Assembly (NCBI GenBank): GCA_016873845.1
Contig: VGVX01000006.1
Span: forward strand, 121 to 64,120
Direction: 5' to 3'
Length of the DNA: 64,000 nucleotides
Source: Ignavibacteria bacterium
GTDB taxonomy: Bacteria; Bacteroidota; Ignavibacteria; Ch128b
How positions within the stretch are numbered: the first letter of the stretch is position 1; each line of letters begins with the position of its first letter. Below the pieces are notes generated by a model, which ran no database searches, was not told where the DNA came from, and worked only from the letters and a program-made list of their open reading frames with translations. A program made the translations under genes and the position numbers. Positions 58,483 through 64,000 of the stretch are shown in pieces.

Positions 58483-60588
58483 ATGATAATCTTCGAAATT
58501 GAAAAGTCCAGACAAGAATTAATTAGAAAGCTGCAATTAGCCAGCTTCCCAAGACAAGTACTTTTTATTCTAAAAGATTTTTTTGATCAATTAATGCATT
58601 CTGATTATTCGTTAAATGAATCTTATTTTCTTGAATTTATTGAAAAATATCTTGAATGCTTAAAGAACTATGAGCCGTTTTATATTCATCCAAAGTACAC
58701 CAAGGAAATATTATTACAAGCTAATACACTTAAGAATATTTCAGTCCTTTCAAATTTTAAAGTTGAGTTAATTCAATCATCAATAAATTTAGAACGAAAG
58801 CTTTCAAAACTAAAAGACATTTTAGAAAGCAAAATACAAGAGACTGAACGTGCAGTACTTTTTCCAGTCCTTGAAACTCATGATGGACAAATAAAAACAG
58901 TTTCCCTTGGACTTTTGGAAAGTCTAACAATTAAAATTCAGGCAGCTAAAAGGGAAAATAAATTCATAGTAGTTCCAAGCGCAATGGAAATTGAAGAAAG
59001 GATTTCCAATCAAATAAATATCTCATGGAACTTAGCTCTAAAATTCATAAAAAAATATTTGAGAAAAGTAAATCCCTATCATGAAGTAATCATACAGTTC
59101 GATAAACGTTTTGGATTTTACATTGGAGAATCTCTTGGAATAGCATTAACAATAGGTTTTATAGAACAACTACTTTACTTCTACAATTCTACTTCCATCA
59201 TAAATATAAGAGATAACATCTCAGTTACCGGCGGAATCGATAAGGATGGAAAAGTTAAGAAAATCTCCACTGAAATAATAAAACAGAAGGTCGAAACGGT
59301 ATTCTTTTCTCCAACTCAGATATTTGTTGTGCCGATAGAGGGGGAACTTGAGGCTAAGGTTAAGGTTGAGGAATTCAATAAAGAATATCCTAACAAAAAA
59401 TTAGAAATTATCGGCGTTGAAAACTTAAACGATATTTTTAACAGAAGAAATTTAATTGATATTAGAAAACAAAATCCAATTGTACGAACAACAAAAGGCA
59501 TCCGAAAACATTGGCTCGGAAGTATTGCGTTGTCACTTCTACTTTTATTGGTTGGATTTCTTTTGTTTTATAATCTTGATGATAATCCAACTTTTGTCTA
59601 CAGAGATGAAAGAAATGTTTACGTCAAAAATAAGTTTGGTAAAATATTATGGACAAAAATCTCAGGAACAACAAATCCAATAACCAAACCAATTCAACAA
59701 AATACCGTTAATCTTATAATTGATATTGAGAATGATGGCGTTAATGAAGTATTAATTACGGCAGAGAGACTATCAGAAAGAGAAAATATCATGGAACATG
59801 GAATACTCAAATGTTATAACTTTGATGGTTCAATAAAATGGATTTATACTTTTAATGATTCAGTTAAAACAAAACGCGAAATTTTTACTGAGGATTGGAA
59901 TAGTCCCATAATGCTTAGTATTGTAAACATAAATGGGAAAAAAACACTTATTTGTTCAATAGCAAATTATCCGTCTTTTGCAGATGCGATTTTTAAAATT
60001 GACTTACTAACTGTTAAGAGAACACCCGGAACTCTTTGGCATCCTGGACATATTGGCGCGGGTTTTGTAAAAGATTTAAATAATGATGGTAAACAAGTGC
60101 TTATTGCTGTAGGATGTAACAATAGTTTCAATCATGTCGGATCGATTTTTGTTCTACCAGTTGACAGCATCAATGGTTATTCTCCGTCAACTGATGAATA
60201 TAGATTTTATGAATTTCCTAAAGCCAATTTTCAAGCTTACATATCTATCCCACAAACAGATTATTGTAAATACTTAGGAGTACGAAATAGTTGGATTATT
60301 GGTAGGTCATTCGCCGACAGAAAAGATATTAATAAAATATTTTTCGGAAGCGGTGAGTACACAATTGAAGATATGAATAAAATCGGTATTCAATATTATC
60401 TTGATTACAACCTAAAAGATTTTGACATTACTCCAACTTCATCCTTCGCTTGGGATAGAGATAAATTAGTAATAGAGAAAAAACTTTCTCCACCACTCAC
60501 CGACACAGAGGAATTTCGTGAACTAATAAAAAGTCAAATTAAATACTGGAACGGAAAAGATTTTGTAAAAAGGGAAGACTTGAAGTAA
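58483..60588 (+). CDS. Membrane protein with a cytoplasmic Lon-like (S16) protease domain, one TM helix and an extracytoplasmic FG-GAP/beta-propeller-like domain
   Basis: 701-aa ORF. GESLGIALTIGF (Ser217) and VTGGIDKDGKVKKISTEIIKQK parallel the Lon catalytic Ser and Lys motifs (PSAG...TGEI..G.V..IGG.KEK). No Walker motifs. The TM helix is WLGSIALSLLLLLVGFLLFYNL (about aa 344-365). C-terminal DIENDGVNEVLI and DLNNDGKQVLIAV are FG-GAP-like loops. Confidence 0.6.
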   Translation: MIIFEIEKSRQELIRKLQLASFPRQVLFILKDFFDQLMHSDYSLNESYFLEFIEKYLECLKNYEPFYIHPKYTKEILLQANTLKNISVLSNFKVELIQSSINLERKLSKLKDILESKIQETERAVLFPVLETHDGQIKTVSLGLLESLTIKIQAAKRENKFIVVPSAMEIEERISNQINISWNLALKFIKKYLRKVNPYHEVIIQFDKRFGFYIGESLGIALTIGFIEQLLYFYNSTSIINIRDNISVTGGIDKDGKVKKISTEIIKQKVETVFFSPTQIFVVPIEGELEAKVKVEEFNKEYPNKKLEIIGVENLNDIFNRRNLIDIRKQNPIVRTTKGIRKHWLGSIALSLLLLLVGFLLFYNLDDNPTFVYRDERNVYVKNKFGKILWTKISGTTNPITKPIQQNTVNLIIDIENDGVNEVLITAERLSERENIMEHGILKCYNFDGSIKWIYTFNDSVKTKREIFTEDWNSPIMLSIVNINGKKTLICSIANYPSFADAIFKIDLLTVKRTPGTLWHPGHIGAGFVKDLNNDGKQVLIAVGCNNSFNHVGSIFVLPVDSINGYSPSTDEYRFYEFPKANFQAYISIPQTDYCKYLGVRNSWIIGRSFADRKDINKIFFGSGEYTIEDMNKIGIQYYLDYNLKDFDITPTSSFAWDRDKLVIEKKLSPPLTDTEEFRELIKSQIKYWNGKDFVKREDLK

Positions 60589-60598
60589 ATACTTTATT

Positions 60599-60696
60599 GG
60601 TTCTCTCGATACAATAAAACTGATGCTTTATTTACTCGAGAACCTTCGCTCGTCGCGGTGTTCGAGTAACGAGCGAAGCGAGTGTATCGAGAACAC
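60599..60696 (+). repeat. Structured repeat E1 (short 3' module)
   Basis: GGTTCTCTCGATAC-H1-TACTCGAGAACC-TTCGCTCGTCGC-GGTGTTCGAGTA-ACGAGCGAAGCGAGT-GTATCGAGAACAC. Starts 10 nt after the stop of the 701-aa gene. Confidence 0.9.
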
Positions 60697-60728
60697 GAAT
60701 TGAATTGTTTTGAGATTAACTTTCTCTT

Positions 60729-60849
60729 GGTTCTCTCGATACAATAAAGCTGACGCTTTATTTACTCGAGAACCATCTCTAGTTGCGGTGTTCGATTAGT
60801 TCCAATCTTGCCTAACTTGAGACAAGTTATCGGAACGTATCGAGAACAG
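60729..60849 (+). repeat. Structured repeat E2 (long 3' module)
   Basis: Same four boxes, with a 38-nt hairpin module GTTCCAATCTTGCCTAACTTGAGACAAGTTATCGGAAC. Lies 32 nt after E1. Confidence 0.9.
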
Positions 60850-60889
60850 TTGTGTGGTTATCAAATTATCTTAAATTTTCCAGACTTAA

Positions 60890-61153
60890 TTACTTTTCCA
60901 TCCAGCTTGGCAAAGGCTCTCCGGTTGCAGAACAATAAATCGTTTCGGGAGAAATATCAATATCATCCGGCCAAGTCAGCACGCCATTATTGATGTAAAG
61001 CTTTTCAAAAAAAGAATAATCAAGTAACTTTTCAAAAATTGTATTCTGTAAAATGTATTTCTTTAAATCCACGACACCCGTTTTGCCATTTTTGAAAACA
61101 AGTTCAACAACGTAGTTTCCAAGCAATCTAAAATTTGTTATTTCGTAATACAT
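60890..61153 (-). CDS. DUF2442 domain protein (orphan, no DUF4160 partner)
   Basis: 87-aa ORF. ...GVLTWPDDIDISPETIY is the characteristic DUF2442 C-terminal motif. Confidence 0.8.
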   Translation of the reverse strand: MYYEITNFRLLGNYVVELVFKNGKTGVVDLKKYILQNTIFEKLLDYSFFEKLYINNGVLTWPDDIDISPETIYCSATGEPLPSWMEK

Positions 61154-61254
61154 TTTTATTTCAAGGGTTTAAGTTGCAAAGGAAGTGAATGAATTGAGAT
61201 TGCTGAGGGAAGAAATAAGATTTAGAGCGAATCACAAAAGATTATAAATTAATT

Positions 61255-61539
61255 CTAATAAACTTCATCGTGTGTACCAATTGTTATTAATATTATTTTC
61301 CCGTCTTTAGATTCCTGTAATCCATCAAAATAAAAAACTATTCTGCAATCATAACCACAACTGCATGCAAGGGACCCGAATAATTCACCAGATAACTTAT
61401 GTGTCTGAAGTTTGGGGTCATAAATATTCGCTTCTAATAATCTTATGCTTTCATCAATTTTAATTTTAAGAAATGGAAATCTTTTAACAAATTTCTTATA
61501 AGCTTTTTTAAAAGAGGGAGTTAGTATTATTTTATTCAT
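61255..61539 (-). CDS. RelE/YafQ-family type II toxin (mRNA interferase)
   Basis: 94-aa ORF. HKLSGELFGSLACSCGYDCRIVF...ILITIGTHDEVY pattern is typical of the RelE/StbE/YafQ family. 4-nt overlap with the upstream small ORF. Confidence 0.85.
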   Translation of the reverse strand: MNKIILTPSFKKAYKKFVKRFPFLKIKIDESIRLLEANIYDPKLQTHKLSGELFGSLACSCGYDCRIVFYFDGLQESKDGKIILITIGTHDEVY

Positions 61540-61775
61540 TCTTTAACATCTAATAATGAATTGTGGAGTTCGTTAATGGAGTCGTTTGCATTCATCTCTT
61601 TTAATTTTCCAGAATGATACAGTGCTTTTGCTTCACTGACTTCTGCCACAATTTCTTCTCTTCTTTCGGCAATAATCCTTTTGTTGAGTATTTCAATTAA
61701 AGTCTTTCTTTCTTCAAATGATAGACTCATAATTGTATCTAAAGTTTGATCTAAAGTATTCATTTTTATTCTCAA
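61536..61775 (-). CDS. Putative antitoxin of the RelE-family toxin
   Basis: 79-aa helical ORF immediately upstream of, and overlapping, the toxin gene. Assigned by position. Confidence 0.6.
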   Translation of the reverse strand: MRIKMNTLDQTLDTIMSLSFEERKTLIEILNKRIIAERREEIVAEVSEAKALYHSGKLKEMNANDSINELHNSLLDVKE

Positions 61776-61833
61776 AGTTTTGTCTTTTTAAAAATATAAA
61801 AGAATTTATAAAACGAAAAGGTAATTAGCTACT

Positions 61834-61954
61834 GGTTCTCTCGATACAATAAAGCTGACGCTTTATTTACTCGAGAACCATCTCTAGTTGCGGTGTTCGA
61901 GTAGTTCCGATCTTGCCTAACTTGAGACAAGTTATCGGAACGTATCGAGAACAC
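61834..61954 (+). repeat. Structured repeat E3 (long 3' module)
   Basis: Differs from E2 at only three positions. Confidence 0.9.
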
Positions 61955-61989
61955 AAAGATTGATATATTTAATTTGAGATTTTTCTTTT

Positions 61990-62077
61990 GGTTCTCTCGA
62001 TACAATAAAGCTGACGCTTTATTTACTCGAGAACCATCTCTAGTTGCGGTGTTCGAGTAACGAACAAAGCGAGAACA
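61990..62077 (+). repeat. Structured repeat E4 (5' part as E2/E3; short 3' module variant lacking the last box)
   Basis: ...GGTGTTCGAGTAACGAACAAAGCGAGAACA. Lacks TGTATCGAG relative to E1/E5. Lies 35 nt after E3. Confidence 0.85.
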
Positions 62078-62196
62078 TTAGGAATCAAATATTGTAAAAC
62101 CTCAACAAAGCAGCTTTAAACATATTCGCCTTGAATAATAATCAAACATGATTTGATTTTTGATTTACTTGTAATTATTTTAAAATAAAAAACTAT

Positions 62197-62460
62197 ATGC
62201 CAGAAATTTGCCGATTTTATGGAATAATCATTAAAATGTATTTTAATGATCATCAGCCACCACATTTTCATGCTGAATATGGAAAACATAAAATTGAAGT
62301 AACAATTGAAACACTTGAAGTTAGAAATTTTGGAAAATTTCCTAAAAGAGCCCTTTCCATGGTGCTTTAATGGGCAAATACACACAGAACAGAGTTGCTA
62401 AAAGATTGGAATCTAGCCAGAATTGGTAAAGAATTAATCAAAATTAAACCATTAGATTAA
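62197..62460 (+). pseudogene. DUF4160 domain gene interrupted by an in-frame TAA (62368-62370)
   Basis: MPEICRFYGIIIKMYFNDHQPPHFHAEYG... is a canonical DUF4160 N-terminus. After the TAA the same frame continues WANTHRTELLKDWNLARIGKELIKIKPLD, the expected C-terminus. It ends 1 nt before the DUF2442 start. Confidence 0.75.
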
Positions 62461-62461
62461 T

Positions 62462-62704
62462 ATGATTAAAGTAAAAAACGTGACGCCTCTTTCGGAGAAA
62501 AAAATTTATATATTATTTTCAGATGGCACAGAAAAGATAATTGATATAAAACCATTTATTAAAAGAAATAACATTTCATCAAAACTTATGAATGATAATT
62601 ATTTTAGAAAGGTGTTTGTTGAAGATGGTGGTGGAATCGCATGGCCAAATGGTTTTGATTTTTGTCCAGTTTATTTATACGAGAATGAATTCAACTTAAA
62701 ATGA
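62462..62704 (+). CDS. DUF2442 domain protein
   Basis: 80-aa ORF. ...GGGIAWPNGFDFCPVYLY motif. Paired with the DUF4160 gene. Confidence 0.8.
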   Translation: MIKVKNVTPLSEKKIYILFSDGTEKIIDIKPFIKRNNISSKLMNDNYFRKVFVEDGGGIAWPNGFDFCPVYLYENEFNLK

Positions 62705-62731
62705 ATTGATATTTTGAGATTATCTTTGCCT

Positions 62732-62820
62732 TGTTCTCTCGATACAAAAATCTAAAGATTTTTTACTCGAGAACCGCTGCGGTGTTCGAGTAACGAGCGA
62801 AGCGAGTGTATCGAGAACAC
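62732..62820 (+). repeat. Structured repeat E5 (variant H1 hairpin, 5-nt loop, short 3' module)
   Basis: TGTTCTCTCGATAC-AAAAATCTAAAGATTTTT-TACTCGAGAACC-GCTGC-GGTGTTCGAGTA-ACGAGCGAAGCGAGT-GTATCGAGAACAC. Confidence 0.9.
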
Positions 62821-62830
62821 AAGGCTGAAA

Positions 62831-62856
62831 TAAAAAAGCCGCCAATTAGGCGGCTT
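62831..62856 (-). terminator. Rho-independent terminator of the 62968-63894 gene
   Basis: On the minus strand, AAGCCGCC-TAATT-GGCGGCTT is followed by TTTTTTATTT. Confidence 0.75.
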
Positions 62857-62967
62857 ACTAACTAAACATTAGGTTTACTCATTATATAGGGATTGCGCTT
62901 CTGTGGAAGAAAGGACTTGATTGTAAATACGCACCATCGTCTAAAGAATCGTAATTTGTTTAATTTT

Positions 62968-63894
62968 TTAATTTCCTGTGATTAGTATATCATCATAATA
63001 AATTGTACCATTGCCACCATTTGCAGAGTATAAACGAATTCCGTCATTTGGTAATGTCGCCCCCGAACTACCCACACAAGCACTTTTCTCCAGCGAACCA
63101 TTTAGATAATAGGAAACCAAGTTTGTTGATTTATTTATTCTCATCTCAACACTATACCAGACACCTTTTGTTATGGTAGATCCTACAAACCCTGAAGTTC
63201 CATCTATCCAACCAAGTTTTCCCCTACTCGGATCATACCCACCACCATACTCTTTGCCATTAACTCTGAAATAAAAAATTGGTCTGAAATGAGTATTAGG
63301 GTCTCCCTTGAATTTAAAAGAAACAACAATATTGTCTTTTAAATTTAGGTTAGAGATGTAATAATCATAACAACCATCCCAACTTGTTAAACATCCAATT
63401 TTGAAAGAATTCGGAGCTGAATAAGATTGGCTTGTAGTTACTGCAGAGGATCCACCTCCTGAGTAAAATTCAGCCCACCCAGATGGAAGTTTATTAACAG
63501 TACATGTATCAAAATTTTCATTATAAAAGATTGTAGTGGATGAAGATGAAGGATTCAGTTGGACATTTGCATTTGTTGTTTTTCCAGAAACTACAGAGAT
63601 ATTTACAGAGTTTGTAGCAAAACCAGATTTAATAACTGTTAGGCTATAAATACCAGTCGGTACATCATTAATAATAAAATCGCCATTTGAATTAGTACTG
63701 ACTACACTTGTTGGAGGAGTGGTTTGGACAGAAGCCCCAATTACTGGAGCCGAATCAGTAGAATTTGTGACCTTTCCCTGAATACTTCCATTTTGCGGTT
63801 GTGAAGGATTTTCATCTTTAGAACAACCAAATGTTAATAATGTTGCAAAAATATTAATTAGAAGAATAAAATTTTTCATTAATACCTCAACCAA
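62968..63894 (-). CDS. Secreted lipoprotein with a carboxypeptidase-regulatory-like (CarboxypepD_reg) domain and a LamG/jelly-roll-like C-terminal domain
   Basis: 308-aa ORF with a lipobox LTFGC. GSIQGKVTN...GASV...TNSNGDFIINDVPTGIYSLTVIKSGF is a typical CarboxypepD_reg pattern. Confidence 0.55.
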   Translation of the reverse strand: MVEVLMKNFILLINIFATLLTFGCSKDENPSQPQNGSIQGKVTNSTDSAPVIGASVQTTPPTSVVSTNSNGDFIINDVPTGIYSLTVIKSGFATNSVNISVVSGKTTNANVQLNPSSSSTTIFYNENFDTCTVNKLPSGWAEFYSGGGSSAVTTSQSYSAPNSFKIGCLTSWDGCYDYYISNLNLKDNIVVSFKFKGDPNTHFRPIFYFRVNGKEYGGGYDPSRGKLGWIDGTSGFVGSTITKGVWYSVEMRINKSTNLVSYYLNGSLEKSACVGSSGATLPNDGIRLYSANGGNGTIYYDDILITGN

Positions 63895-64000
63895 AAAATT
63901 ATGGAATAAAAAATAAGCTGTTTTTTATCTGTCAACTAGTATTTTTTATTTCCAATCATATGCAATCTCGTCTTGATTTGCTGTATTTGTTAAATTCACC

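Noticed and set aside
60599-62820. E1-E5 repeats as a CRISPR array
   Set aside because: The conserved unit is 88-121 nt, not 24-48 nt. The 'spacers' would be whole genes or a 32-35-nt conserved leader. The sequences between the 46-nt conserved halves are themselves repeated between copies. No cas genes are present.
60599-62820. E1-E5 as canonical integron attC sites
   Set aside because: attC has 5'-RYYYAAC...GTTRRRY-3' polarity, with AAC in the left arm and GTT in the right. Here the outer arms read GGTTCTC...GAGAACC, with GTT on the left and AAC on the right, on either strand. The only AAC...GTT-ordered pair (boxes 2 and 3) spans only ~36 nt. No intI or attI is in the window. This still needs a formal cmsearch with the attC model, so it is kept as a hypothesis variant rather than a call.
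60599-62820. E elements as tRNA-like genes or as hammerhead/twister ribozymes
   Set aside because: GGTGTTCGAGTA superficially resembles a T-arm, but there is no flanking 5-bp stem, acceptor stem or anticodon arm. CTGATG in the E1 H1 loop is CTGACG in E2-E4 and absent in E5, so there is no conserved CUGAUGA/GAAA core.
1-64000. Sigma-54 promoters (TGGCAC-N5-TTGCW), tRNA/rRNA genes, transposases and integrases
   Set aside because: The few TGGCAC occurrences I checked (for example near 8409, 18141, 24648 and 39724) lack a correctly spaced TTGC. I saw no rRNA or tRNA cloverleaf and no transposase or integrase-like ORF in the track. The scan was by eye and is not exhaustive.

Overview
The window is low-GC bacterial chromosome. 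From gene content (fused lpxC-fabZ, sigma-54, SemiSWEET, TAnnTTTG-like promoter boxes) I infer an FCB-group organism, Ignavibacteria- or Bacteroidota-like. All calls rest on motif recognition in the supplied ORF translations and on reading the DNA; no database search was possible.

Positions 1-38 kb are conserved housekeeping genes:
- hslVU, rpoN, mnmE-mnmG-rsmG, murQ, mfd, an amidase and ruvB.
- A large outer-membrane biogenesis supercluster: kdsA-kdsC-kdsD-lptC-lptA-like-lptB, converging on uppS-bamA-skp-skp-lpxD-lpxC/fabZ-lpxA-lipoate ligase-panB.
- Small accessory insertions punctuate this core: two HEPN/MNT pairs, a four-helix-bundle (23S rRNA IVS / Avd-family) gene bracketed by a 30-bp inverted repeat, and a nested palindromic element.

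Positions 38-57 kb are more accessory:
- Decayed gene fragments, a hemerythrin-like protein and two unknown lipoproteins.
- An octaheme CxxCK nitrite-reductase-like cytochrome.
- A type II R-M pair.
- An orphan glycyl-radical enzyme with its activase.
- M28 and S9 peptidases.
- A second, frameshifted four-helix-bundle cassette with its own inverted repeat.
- A glycosylation pair.

The most unusual region is about 57.8-62.9 kb:
- It opens with a 650-bp AT-rich gap.
- Next comes a 701-aa protein with a Lon-like (S16) protease domain, one TM helix and an FG-GAP-like domain.
- Three small TA-like modules follow: an orphan DUF2442 gene, a RelE/antitoxin pair, and a DUF4160(nonsense)/DUF2442 pair.
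- These are punctuated by five same-orientation copies of an 88-121-nt element built from nested inverted repeats, with compensatory variation.
- I cannot assign the element to CRISPR, canonical attC, tRNA or any ribozyme or ncRNA family I know. It is my best candidate for something undescribed: a cassette-array recombination site or a structured ncRNA family.
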